Shown in pieces: positions 29,151 through 41,929 of a stretch of DNA of 64,000 bases. Source of the stretch: Eledone cirrhosa. Its lineage: Eukaryota. Position 1 is the stretch's first letter. Each line of letters begins with the position of its first letter. The stretch is from positions 331,824,001-331,888,000 of the forward strand of contig OZ024740.1 in assembly GCA_964016885.1 (NCBI GenBank), given 5' to 3'. A program made the position numbers and the translations under genes. The notes under the pieces were generated by a model, which did no database searches, was not told the DNA's origin, and worked only from the letters and a program-made list of their open reading frames with translations.

Positions 29151-29529
29151 TTATATACATACTTGATGGAATATACACGTAATGGTATATATACAAAAAA
29201 CACACACTCGGAAATACGAATAATAACATTAAAATAAGCATATTGTCAACAGAGTGTATGAGAGATTTAGATTGCACAGCATTTCTATTGTGTGTTATTT
29301 AGATGAGTGAACAATTTTCATAACCCAACAATATCACACCCAGCTGTCGGCAGCACAGAAACAGAAATATCTAAGCCGTTCATATTATTAGGAATGCTGT
29401 ATAATCGAATTTTTTTTTCCCCGTGATGAATATACATTGGCAACAGAATACCATGGTTTCTGTGTGAAACTGTTATTTATTTTCATATAAATACTTGGTG
29501 TGTATTGTACGTTGCATGTAGATACGTTT

Positions 29530-29700
29530 GGGCGTGTGCTTAATGGCTTCGGCTCACGAATGATATGTTATGTTTTCGATTGCCGCCGGTTTTGCAAGAC
29601 ACTTTATTTCACATTTATCTAGTCTACTTAGTTGAAAACAATTGTGTTAAGGGTCTGTAAAATGCTCAGCACGTGTCTGTAAAATGCTCAGCAAAGCCCA
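29530..29700 (+). mobile_element. SINE family B, diverged copy
   Basis: ttcggctcacgaat...gcaagacactttatttcaca...gttgaaaa, similar to 59365-59470. Confidence 0.55.
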
Positions 29701-30334
29701 TATTAAATTGAAGTATTTACAGGTCTAGTTCTGAAGAGGAGGACCAAGCGCTGTGATGCGGTTTTAGCTATCGTCAACACTTTATAATTGTTAGATTACT
29801 TAAAGGTTTATCCAACTTACTATTTTCATTTGAAATTTATATATCGCTATGATATAAGGCAACAAAAACTAGAAGCTATATCGATTGCTACAAGACGCAA
29901 TGCATGAACCATGATAATTTCTTTAATTTGCTCTAAAGTTTTTATCCAAATTCTTAACTAACTCTATACTTAGCTACGACCCTATTTTACAACGGGGCTA
30001 AAAGTATTACAAAACCACAAGTTAAAACTCACTGATACTTAGAAAAAATAAATGATGTTTCCTGAATTGCTTACAGCTATACATATCAAAACTTCAAAAT
30101 TCCAAGACCAATGAATATCCCCCTGATTCAATATCTAGAATAGTAAGGTAAAAAAAAAATCTATAGAATACATTGCTGCAAATTCATAAGATGCTGGAAA
30201 TTCGAACGTTGGAAAATTTACGCCATTTTGAAATACTTTGCAAGTTTAAGTCAAATTCAACGTAATATTTGATAAAGAGGCGGCATCTGATTCTACTCAA
30301 ATGACAGTTTGCTGTTTAGTATATAACGACATTA

Positions 30335-30515
30335 TCAGTATCGGTAGTGCTTCAGACACCATGTTTTGCAGCACAGAGTGATGGCACTTTACATTCTGAT
30401 TTCAAATCCCGCCGAGGTTAACTTTGCCTTTTCTCCTTATGGGGTCGATAAAATAAATCACTAGTAATGCACAGGAGTAATTGCTGGCCTTGTGCCAAAA
30501 GTAGAAACAATTATT
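30335..30515 (+). mobile_element. SINE family A copy
   Basis: cagtatcggtag...ttcaaatcccgccgaggttaactttgcc...ggggtcgataaaa...gctggccttgtgccaaaagtagaaac. Confidence 0.85.
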
Positions 30516-31306
30516 AAAGAAACTTCATGATAATAAATCGAAAAGCTCTTCCAAAGACATGACATTTTCTCTCTTTATCCTTCCTTCTCTACTCACCTCA
30601 TCTATCAATCCATTTCTTCTTCCACTATCTATACGCATTCACATCATTACAAATTCATGCTATAAAACATAAATTTAATTATTCCTTTGCTCTCAATTAG
30701 CGCATTTTATGCATATTGATTCGGCAGACAATCCTATCAATCATAGAACGCAAACGAGACTCAGTTCTTGTGCCATTTATTTCCGCTATACAGCATTGGC
30801 CTATATTTTACTATTTCGCTGTTGCACAATGCATGTCTCATCAATAAATTACTTAGATCTATAAATATATAGTTTTAACGATTTTGAACCTCCTTTAGTG
30901 AAATGTTGCCAAGAGCATGTTTCAAATTGCCAACAAATGTAACATATCTTACCTCAAACATAAACCAAGGCCGTACTGTCTAACGTTTAGAGTTAATGGA
31001 AAGAAGTTTCACACTGACTTAATCTTTTGATTTACGAAGACCAAAATTAGAAAATATACATTAACCTTTTATTATTTAAACTTCAACATGAAAATCATTG
31101 TCAGAGTATAATGTAGTTATTATATGATTAAAACAAATTGTTATAGCACTGTATTATGCACATTCTCGGGCAAGTCATATACCATTTAAATGTAGGAACT
31201 ATGACAAATATGCTTCAATCATAATATTTAATTTCTAAAATGGTTATCTAAAGCGTCAATATAGTTAGCAAGAAATCTCTATTTGATTTTCAAGACTTTC
31301 ACATAA

Positions 31307-31516
31307 GGGCAGTATCGGTAGAGAGGTGGACAACATGCTTTGCAGCATAGAGTTACGGTCCTTTACGGTCTGAGTTCAAATCCCACCGAGGTTAACTTTG
31401 CCTTTCATCCTTACGGGTTCGGTAAAATAAAGTACCAGTCACGCACTGGGGTCGATTTAATCGACTTTCCCCTCCTCCCAAATTGCTGGCCTTGTGCCTA
31501 TATAAGAAACCATTAT
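31307..31516 (+). mobile_element. SINE family A copy (longer tail variant)
   Basis: Same head and core, then gtaccagtcacgcactggggtcgatttaatcgact...gctggccttgtgcc. Confidence 0.85.
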
Positions 31517-34500
31517 TCATGGAAAGTATTAATTGACTAAGCAATGCAAACATTTTATCAATGCTTCTGATATGTTTTCCAAGTCAGATATGATACGTCA
31601 AAGTAAACACCCAGTTAGTAATACCTGGATTTTATATTGATAAGTTTAGTTCTACAATCTTGTAAGCTATGTTAGTAGTTACAAAAACCCTTGCGATTCT
31701 CAAATAACTAATATACTTATACATCAATTTTTTAACAATTATTTTTGAACTCTCAATCAGCACGTATTACCTGTTCATGATGCACTCTGTTGATTAATAG
31801 GCATATTTATCATTTGCTACATATATCTGTGGACATTTAAATGTTATTTCGGAGAATAGAGTTCTTCTGAAAATAAGATATGGACACCACGACAGAAGAA
31901 ATAATCATATAATAAATAGTCGTAAAAGTATTATTTGGGAAACGATATGAACCTCATATCCCATGACTTGTTGTGCAGCACACTTATGACTAAGCTATCA
32001 AAGCCTTCATATAACACACGTGATCGATATTTATTTTCCTTTCGCTTTATTTGATATAACTTCTCTATTTACTCTTTCTCCTTCTATCAATTTCAAATGT
32101 TTTCTGCAACCCTTCATATATACGCGTTTACATCATTGCCTTTGTTTTCTAAATCGTAGATCAAGTTGGGAGCTTCTCATCCAATCATTGTTGAACACTG
32201 GATACTGTAATTCTATTTCCGCCGAAGCTACAAAAATTGACGTTGTAATTCTGTCTCCGTTGAAGTTACAAAAATCTATAATTTAGATAGAAAGAAAGAA
32301 AGTCTATTATAGATATAAGTAAAATAATCAATTTTTACAGAGTCATATTCCTCCATAAACGTATAACAAGTACACAAATAATTAGCTTTATATATGGCTG
32401 GTAGTATTTCATCGATTGATAACTACTTTGTGGAAGAGATGAGCAAAGAGATAGTCATATATTTAATAGAAGAGGTATTGAAATGAAAAATGTAAATGTA
32501 CAAAGAAAGCATACTGTTATCGAAACAGTACATATGTTTATTTCCGTTAGATTTAGCAAGTGAAGTATTGCAGTAAACATGATTTATATTCAGTAAATGT
32601 AATCGGTGAATTAGCAGAAGTCTACAATGAAAGTTTGATGGAACTACAGTACTGAGATAAATGATAACAGTATGCAGTGTTTTATAATACCCTTACAGTG
32701 AATGTCAATAAAGTAAATTGGTTAATTTAAAAGACAAGTTCCCTTTCGAAATTGATGAGGTCTTTAAGTGAAACACACAGTAAAGGTTAGGCTCCATGAA
32801 ACCATTGAGGATAATCACTCTAAAACGATGATAATGACAATAACGATTACTTCGTGCATAAAATAATATGTTCCAATATCGATTACTAGATATCTGTGAT
32901 TTATGTAACCTTCAGAGTAGGTGGATATTCTCGTTGGTGAATATATAAAAAGACATATATAGTTCCATAACTAGAAATCATCTGACGGAACTACCAACTA
33001 TCTGTGACTCCTATCTAAATTATTATTGCTTCAGGCAGTAATTTTCTCCTTTGAACTTACTTTGCAATAAATGAAACACCGCTTATCAAATTTTCGTGAA
33101 AATTACTGTCAACTCGTTCTATCTGGTTTTTCATAGTTTCACAGCTTTCAAAGCTACCAAAAATGGAATATAACATAAACCTAGTTAAACACTACATCGT
33201 TATCACTATTGTATGGTGTTTACTCTTAAAATAAACTAAATAATGTAGTTTGACAATGCTGCCTGAATTCAGAACGATAAGTTATATCATATTGTATATC
33301 TCTCTAACGATATCTTTGAATGATGAATGTCAGCAAGCAACCTATTATTTGGAGTTTATAATAAAAAGAAAACAACTTAGCCATCAGGGATAATACAATG
33401 TATTGAGTTGGAAAATGTATTTAGCGAATTTAAATAGTTTCTACCAAGAAGTAAAATCGTGTCACTTGTGCTATTCACTGGAGGATTATCATAATTGTAC
33501 AGGGTTTATCACACCAAGCTCTATAGTTGTTAATTGAAATTATACTTGGCTTTATAGAAATGCAAATAATATCAGTAAGACAGGGATTGTGTTAGGTGAA
33601 TTAAGGGCGTTTTCTCTATCTTTAATGGCTTAGTCAAAAGACTATTGGTGATACTTATAACTCTTTTCATAGCCACCGAGAATGACGTTCAGAAATTGGA
33701 AGTTATTTTCATTGTAGTGATCTGATCCGCGTTCTTTTAACAGAAGTAAAGGAACTGAAAGACCAGATGTTAAACAACATTTGCTTAGAGAATTATGTAG
33801 AGCTTTCTGAGAAATATAAAAATTTGATCTAATGAGTATGGATTAGTAATTCCTCTAACCTGGAATATTCGTCCCGGTCCGATTTCTTGTTTTGTTTTAT
33901 GTTTTTCCTTTTTTGTGAAGCATTAATGCCAATCCTCCATCCTCTCAGCCGATACAGTTTACATGTATTACAATGCCTCCTTCAGATATCGGCACATTTT
34001 CGTAAACGACTGTTTCATCCTATGGAAGGTGTGTTACAGAGTTTAGAATCTTTGTTACAAGCATACTGTAGAAGTTATCCCAAAGACCAAGTCCTTCTTC
34101 ATATATCAGAATTAACGGTAGTTAATATCATTTAACTTCTAACATATTCCTTTATTAGTTACAGCATGACTATAAGTTTATCAAGTTCGCTTCGTAATAA
34201 TAAGGTTAAATTTAGCCTTCATTGTGTGGCGTCTTTTACCATAGTCCCAGGCTGGCCTAAGTCTCGAGGCTGAGGGAAACTGTCAATCGTTGGATGGATC
34301 ATGATCATAATTGAAAGATTCAAATTATATTCTATTTTACTCTGATTCTGTACGAGTATAACCTTACTGGTTCAGGCTTCTATAATTATCCTCTAATTCA
34401 ATGAATAAATAATACAGTTGATCGTAAAATAAATTAATCATCGACGAAAACGGCGGCAACCCATTTACTTATAATACTCTACAGTTATGTTCCCATTACA

Positions 34501-35362
34501 TGAATTATAGAATGTCTGTAATATATAAAATGACATGCTTAGCATAATACTATCATTAATTAGAAATACAATCATATGTAACAATACACCATATAAAAGA
34601 AATTTATGCGTCAACGAATACAGATATGTTTTTACGGTACATTTATATGCAATGCTATAATTATGTTGCTACAGCATTGCCATAGACATGATGGCTGACA
34701 CAAACTACAGAAAAAAAGAACGTCGTGACAAATAAGACAATGCACCACATTAAGATTTATTATTTCTATTTATTGAACATGTTAGCCGAATACTGAACAA
34801 ATATATTTATCATAATTATTTATTACTTTCTCTCAAACACGACAGACGAAAAATTTCTCAAAGTAATTCTCATTTTGTCTCAGGAGACTTCAAGACAACA
34901 ATGTTTTTTTTTATGATTCGTTGACTAAATAGATCATTTATAAAATAAACACTATACATATAATTCCATAGGGTTGACATAAAATATATATAAGTCGATG
35001 CAGTTTTGTAAATTTATGGTAGCATTATATCATTATTGTCAGTTTAATTTCCAAAGCTACGTTATTATACTTGTGTACTATAACAATATACTTTGTATTA
35101 CAAACGTCACTATATTAGTGATATATAAACATATATTTCTACACTCTCAAATTGGTCCACATACTAAAAGTATCGAATATGCCATACCATTACGTGCATA
35201 AAAGTAGTGCAATATCGTTTACAGGAAGTGTCAGGGAAAGCGTTTTGTATTCTCGGTCAGGAAGTCGATTAAAGGTTTATATCCTTTTTCAGTTTACGAG
35301 AAATTCATATTTTCTGGCCTATTTGCATGTCTACATATTACAAATGTGTATATTTATATACA

Positions 35363-36416
35363 CACTAGATTACTCTTGACCCGTTGGGTCACGTTCACAT
35401 AAAAATACTTTTTTTTTTAAAATCATGTTCACTTAAAAATAATTTTTAAATAATTAAAATATACACAGACATGTCTCTTTTACAATCTACTCTCAAAACC
35501 ACCATCTCGTTATCTCTCTCTATTTTTCAAGGTACCCAGCAAATCCCCGTATCTCGGGAACCCATTCTCCGATTTACTTGAAACTAGTTTTATTCCATTT
35601 GTATTCCCATTTCAGGGGCAACTTCCTTTCAAAGTATTTACCCATTATGCACCGTTTGGGCTGTATTAAATTACATCATGCACACAATCACAGTCTTAGT
35701 AGTACATAGATTGGTGCAGTTTCGGTTATCCACACTGCATATATATAATTACCCGTGCCTTGCTGCGTTTAACACATTATTTTTTTTTGTAAGAATATGA
35801 TGATTGATTTTAAATCAGTGATATAATTTATGGAGAAAAACTCTGCATTTCAATATTACTCAATGTAAAATGTAATGCATGAAAAATTGGAAAACATTAT
35901 TTTTTGTAATATTTTGTAACCAAAATTACATTATTAAATATTATTCTTATTTTGTTTCTTGTAAATACATTTTTTCAAAATATCAATTCCAAACTTTTGT
36001 GAATAGGCATCATATCTTGTCATATACATATGGTTTAAATTTCATATAAATCAAAAGGAAAATATTTTCAGCGGGCGTTTGTGCCCCTGTTCAACCTTAA
36101 TAGGGGGATTAACCCACATTAGGGTGTCTTAATATTATTCAAATTTGGTGAAATTTTGTGAATAGGCATCATATCTCGTGATTTACCTATGGTTTAAATT
36201 TCGTATAAATCGAAGGGAAAACATTTTCAGCGGGGGTTTGTGCCCACGGGGAACCCTTTGATTATAATGAAATATATTTATCCAAATACCCTGTGCAATA
36301 TAGTTTCAGAATATTATATGATTATGGGGGTCTATCTCCAAAAACCATAGGAGGAGTACGTGAACAACAAACAAACAAACAGACAGGAACTAAAACTTTA
36401 TATATATATATATATA
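35363..36416 (+). mobile_element. Helentron/DINE-1-like non-autonomous element(s)
   Basis: Starts with actag plus hairpin gacccgttgggtc. A second start attacccgtgccttgctgcg lies at 35747, there is an internal duplication (~36000 vs ~36160), and it ends acaaacaaacagacagg...tttatatat. This layout is typical of HINE/DINE-1-like elements. Confidence 0.45.
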
Positions 36417-36580
36417 TTAGAATTGGCGCTCTAAAATAGCGATATATATATATGAATGTATATATAGTGTATTTTGCAATACACTGTATGCTTAATTAAA
36501 AGCATTTCGAAGACCTTATGCTATTGTTTTAGAGTAGTGACAGTCTCACTTACTTTAAATTTTCAGCAAACAGGGGAGAT

Positions 36581-36629
36581 AAAGCTGACAGAGCTATGTT
36601 TCGTACTGATTGGTACTTATCAAAGCCAA
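36581..36629 (-). ncRNA. Type I hammerhead ribozyme, U3-A8 core variant
   Basis: Minus strand: ttggct-TTGATAA-gtac caatca gtac-GAAA-catagctctg-TC-agcttt. Confidence 0.7.
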
Positions 36630-36684
36630 GTACTCCACCTGTTTGCTGAAAATCATGAATGTTTGATTGTTATAGGTGGAGTAC

Positions 36685-36733
36685 TAGGCTTTGATAAGTA
36701 CGAATCAGTACGAAACATACCTCTGTCAGCTTT
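36685..36733 (+). ncRNA. Type I hammerhead ribozyme, U3-A8 core variant
   Basis: taggct-TTGATAA-gtac gaatca gtac-GAAA-catacctctg-TC-agcttt, with the GUC site at 36727. Confidence 0.7.
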
Positions 36734-37005
36734 ATCTCCCCTGTTTGCTGAAAATTTAAAGTAAGTGAGACTGTCACTACTCTAAAACAATAGCATAAGG
36801 TCTTCGAAATGCTTTTAATTAAGCATACAGTGTATTGCAAAATACACTATATATACATTCATATATATATCGCTATTTCAGAGCGCCAATTCTAATTTTC
36901 AATTTCTGCTTGACCGGCAACCGCTCTGTATAATCAGTTCCTGATTATTACTAGAAATTCTATAATAATCAAACATTCATTGTTTTCAGCAAACAGGTGG
37001 AGTAC

Positions 37006-37054
37006 TTGGCTTTGATAAGTACGAATCAGTACGAAACATAGCACTGTCAGCTTT
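37006..37054 (+). ncRNA. Type I hammerhead ribozyme, U3-A8 core variant
   Basis: ttggct-TTGATAA-gtac gaatca gtac-GAAA-catagcactg-TC-agcttt, with the GUC site at 37048. Stem I is extended by ggag/ctcc and by ttttcagcaaacagg (36983-36997) / cctgtttgctgaaaa (37061-37075). Confidence 0.72.
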
Positions 37055-37165
37055 ATCTCCCCTGTTTGCTGAAAATTTAAAGTAAGTGAGACTGTCACTA
37101 CTCTAAAACAATAGCATAAGGTCTTCGAAATGCTTTTAATTAAGCTTACAGTGTATTGCAAAATA

Positions 37166-37225
<60 letters not shown>

Positions 37226-38332
37226 ATGTAGGAGGTGTGTTTTATTGTAGTACAATAAAGCAATGCAAATATCGGATAAGTAGCACTCTACAGTTTGTAG
37301 GACTGGAGTATAAATAATATAAAATCAAAAGATGGTTAAAAGAGTTCCAAGTATTTTATTATGCGCATTTCAAAAACAAATATCATCATGAGATGATATC
37401 TGCGTTTTCATCAGATAAAATAGGGATACATGATATGAAGGTTAAAAAACACTTGTGAATAGTGAAGTTTTAAATCAACATATGAAAAATAATTTAAGAT
37501 TGATGTGTGATATTGGGAAAAAGTGAGGCGGGGTTGGAAAGGGTGAGAAAGAGGAGGAGATGAGAGTAGAGAATGGTGGGGGAGGAGTATAAGAAGGAAG
37601 AATGAGAGGGGGGAGATAAGGGTGATAGAGAGCGAGAGATAGCCTTTACAACTGAGAAAAATATATATTGTCTCACGGAGAGAAGTTAAAAAGCCGTTGG
37701 AAGATAATAGATAATTTGAAAGAATTTGAAATTAAAAGTTGATGAAGAGAAAAAGGGTGTTTAGAATAATATTAGATTCAGGTTTGTATATTGAAGGGTT
37801 TAATAATATGTGCGAGGAAAAGAAATTGTTAATATGTATTATTGAAATAAAAATATTAATGTTATTAAGGATATACTGTGAAAAGAAGTAGAAGAGTGGA
37901 TGGGTTATGAATTTAGAGGAATTATTTAGTGTTTAAGTTTGTTTTTATGTAATGTAATATGTGTGCGTAATATATGTAAATAGTTTGTTTAAAAATGAGC
38001 GCAGAAAGCAAAGAAGACAATAATGATTAAGAAAGAAAAAAATCTAACATCAAAATATATATGTTTACGAAATGTTTTCTAATGGTAATAATATAATATA
38101 ATAAAGGAGATTAGTTAGGGTTTGTTTTTATGTATTGTAATATGTAATATGTAAAAGTCAGACGAGCATGAAAGGAAGAAAAATATAAGGAACTAAGGAG
38201 GAAAAATCTAACGTCAAAAACAATGTTTATGTTTACGAAGGATTGTTAAAGGTAACACTATAATGTATTTAAAAGGTAATAATAATTAGCCGTCGAAACG
38301 GCTTGAGCTCAGCCGCCGAGGTCCTACTCGTT

Positions 38333-38500
<168 letters not shown>

Positions 38501-38625
38501 ATTTAGTATATCTACTAACATATGCGTACAGATGTACGCACTCTAATGCTAGCAAATACATAAGTTATGTCATAGTACCTAGGTGGTTCAATGCAGGAGG
38601 ATGCAGAACAATAATATAAAAGACG

Positions 38626-38743
<118 letters not shown>

Positions 38744-39066
38744 GTATGTATATGGGATATCAAGTTATCGTTTTACGTAAACCAGTTAGTGGTTGTAGGT
38801 ACTCTGTATTATGGATAGTTTTAACGTACTGCGTTGTTTGATTCAACAAGTGATTTCCATAGTTGGGTAGCGAGTTCGCGAGAATTCCCGTGCAGGTTGT
38901 TCTTGGAATAATAGTAGTGAAAGAATGAAGAATAACATGGTTGACCGTACAAAAAGGGTTTTATTTATAGTATTGATTAGGTGAGTCTAAAGGCCGCTAA
39001 TCACTCGAAGTATATACAGTATGTGTCTCTGATCAAATCATCGGAATACTGGAGGGTTTAACATAT

Positions 39067-39173
<107 letters not shown>

Positions 39174-39179
39174 ACCATT

Positions 39180-39375
39180 ACTAAGGTTTCTCTGCTTCGA
39201 GGTCCTGCCAATCACTCCTTTCAGACAGGTGACCAGCGCCATCAGTTCATTGAATTCTCCCGTTCTGATATGTGCGCCGGGCTTAATTACTTTTAATGCT
39301 GTCAGAATTTCATCAAAGAAGGATCTGTTTTCGGGCTCACTGTTTTTGGTATATCCTTGCACCATCCACAGAGGA
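39180..39375 (-). mobile_element. RTE LINE endonuclease fragment
   Basis: MVQGYTKNSEPENRSFFDEILTAL...GEFN, homologous to the endonuclease at 43128-43331. Confidence 0.65.
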
Positions 39376-39639
39376 ATTTCCTATATATTGGCCGTGTCGC
39401 TATCCACCACATGCAACCCGTTCTCTAGCATAGCAGCTCTGATACCTAGCACAACAATAGCCATAAGTATACAAGGTATAAGCGAAATCGGAAATAGATG
39501 TTTTCTATTATGTGATGGGTGTTTATGTTAAGATGACTGGGCTGTTAACTGACTCTATCTAGTTATATGCAGCCTGTGACTGCCCACAAAATCCACGAAA
39601 CTGACTAATTAGGAGGGCAAACTGAGGAGGATGTATCGG

Positions 39640-40400
39640 GTGGATATGATTCAGCTATTGAATGTTGGTGGGGAAAGCGGCTCATTATGGTACCAAGCGG
39701 CATGAAGATTCTATGATCAACCCTGAGGTTAAATATATCATCCTGTCAAAGAAGCGGATTCGGGCTTACAACGGTTGATTTCGGAATAAGACTTCTTTCG
39801 TGTACTCTCGGCACAAGCAGGCAGGACAGATTATAGTAGAGTTTAGCTTTAGATTTGCAAATATAATATTCTAGCAGATCATCCAGCGAATTCGTGATAA
39901 GAAGTCCCTCTTTATGCCTGTTATCAAGATCTCATCTGGGGTACTCCCTGAAGATATTCATCATTGCAAGGTTGAGAGAATACTTTGCTGATCTTCTAAC
40001 TATTGTCACAACAAGGTCTAATGTACATAAAGTGCATGTATGAGTGAAGACTAACAGCCTTAAACAAAGAATGTGTGCTGTAGGTGTGTAGGGTTACCTG
40101 GATCTCTGGAGAGGTCTAAATGCAATGGCAATCAGGAGTGATAATATCATTTATAAAAAAGAAAGACAAGAGAGATTGCTCTAATTATATAGGGATCTCT
40201 CTCCTGGTTAAATTTCTCCGGTAATGTATATGCTAAGTGTCTAGCTAAAGAGATGTCGAGATATTGTTGAGTTTAATTGAGCTGACGAACAGTGTCATTG
40301 TCACACTGTATGTAGCACAGCTGATCAAATATTCACTTTGCGATAGATTTTGAGATATCGCGGGAGTGTTTGACAAATTGTCTATGCTTGTTTCATGCTT
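39640..40400 (+). mobile_element. RTE LINE fragment (pre-RT and RT N-terminus)
   Basis: Frameshifted remnants WQSGVIISFIKK..RDCSNYIGISL..GNVYAKCL...ADEQCHC....STADQIFTLR*IFE. Confidence 0.7.
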
Positions 40401-40853
40401 TGTAAGAACCTTTCTTTGCTTGGATGGTATCTTTAAACTCCTGATTCAACTAGGTGTCTCGCACAACACCGGATGGCTTACGCCCCAAGCAAATAACAGC
40501 CGAGACCTATCCACCAGTTTCAATGTTCTCCGTTTGTTGAGAGTTGTGAATTTGGATGGAATTGTATATGTAATAGTCTCACCTTAAGAGTTCTCCTGCA
40601 CGAATTTAAGAAACGTGTTGCATATTTTTATACTTGCCCAATGTGATATTATTAAGTGAATTATATTATCAAATTGCTCACATGCATTTAGATCCATACA
40701 TACAGAGATACACACATATATACACACGTAAGCATATATACAGTTACATACATATACGTGGGAATACACAATCACCCGAGTACTTCCAGACACATAGACA
40801 CAAATACATTCATATGTTTACAACATACACGCATTCATATATATATATATATA

Positions 40854-40892
<39 letters not shown>

Positions 40893-41929
40893 GCGTGTGT
40901 GTGTGTATATATATATAGAGAGAGAAGCAAACACCGTACATTCATGCACCATGCACACATACATATTCAAATCACATAAAATATGAATAAGCGGTGGAAA
41001 GACAGCAAACCACGTGAGACACACATCCTTAGTGCTTTATGGGCTTAAATTCTCAGCCATGACAGAAAATTGATATCGCTAGCTTGAAGTAACATTCTTG
41101 ATATTTCTGACATTTACTCTGCCAAGGAGAAATGGAGAAAAGCTGAGCAGTACCCATAACATTTATTGACAATCCTACACTGCTGAAGCTGTCACTGTTC
41201 ATATTCAGCTTTAAATTCTGATGTTCAATACCTCGAGGCAAAATGCGTGCAAAGCAGGAATTTTAAGAGATTTGTATTATTTGAGAAGGAAAAAAGAGAT
41301 GTTAGATATAGAACGTCAGTTTTCTTCTTTCTGTTGTGTGTTGCAGTCTTGTATCAAAACATAGTCGATAAAAACACAAACGAAGCACACAACACTATAA
41401 AAGTCTATGAGCGAGTCGCCAAGAGGCCTGAAATCACACCCTACCATCTCAACAAAAAGAAACAACACATTTCATAACATATTAGATATTGTAATCTTTG
41501 ATATAAAAAAAGACAAGATAGTTATGTCTGGAAAGGCTATGATCATAAGTCTATCAGCTTAGGGCTAACCATAGATTAAAAAGAAAACAAAACAACTACG
41601 GTACATCGCTAAAAGCGTGAGCACATAACTAGTGTTAATTCTCACAATATTTCGAAGGTTGTTTTAAGAACATATGCAACACATCTTTCAATCTTTCACA
41701 ATTTTTGTTCTTTTTAGTCACATATAAATCCCACAGTTTGCTTCTTTGACAACGCCAAGATGTATTTAAAAAGAGTGTGCAACGATGATGGATTAAATTG
41801 GCTGGTTCGTTTCTATCAGATGAATGCATAAAGTGTTGACATCATGAAATATAATTTGCCATGTTTCTGACGAGATATGTAATACTATATCGTCTGGAAA
41901 ATCCAGACGACTGATCCTATACTATACTA

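Larger units (their letters stand above)
36417..37170 (+). mobile_element. Retrozyme-like non-autonomous element: ~1.5 tandem 321-bp units preceded by an inverted partial unit
   Basis: Period 321 (TTGATAA at 36691 and 37012). Segment 36417-36674 is the reverse complement of the unit. (TA)n lies on both sides, and there is no coding capacity. Confidence 0.85.

Noticed and set aside
36474-37161. Two near-identical ORFs (MQYTV.LIKSISK...) on opposite strands
   Set aside because: They result from the inverted repeat, run antisense to the ribozymes, and are not preserved in the 58-kb sister copy.
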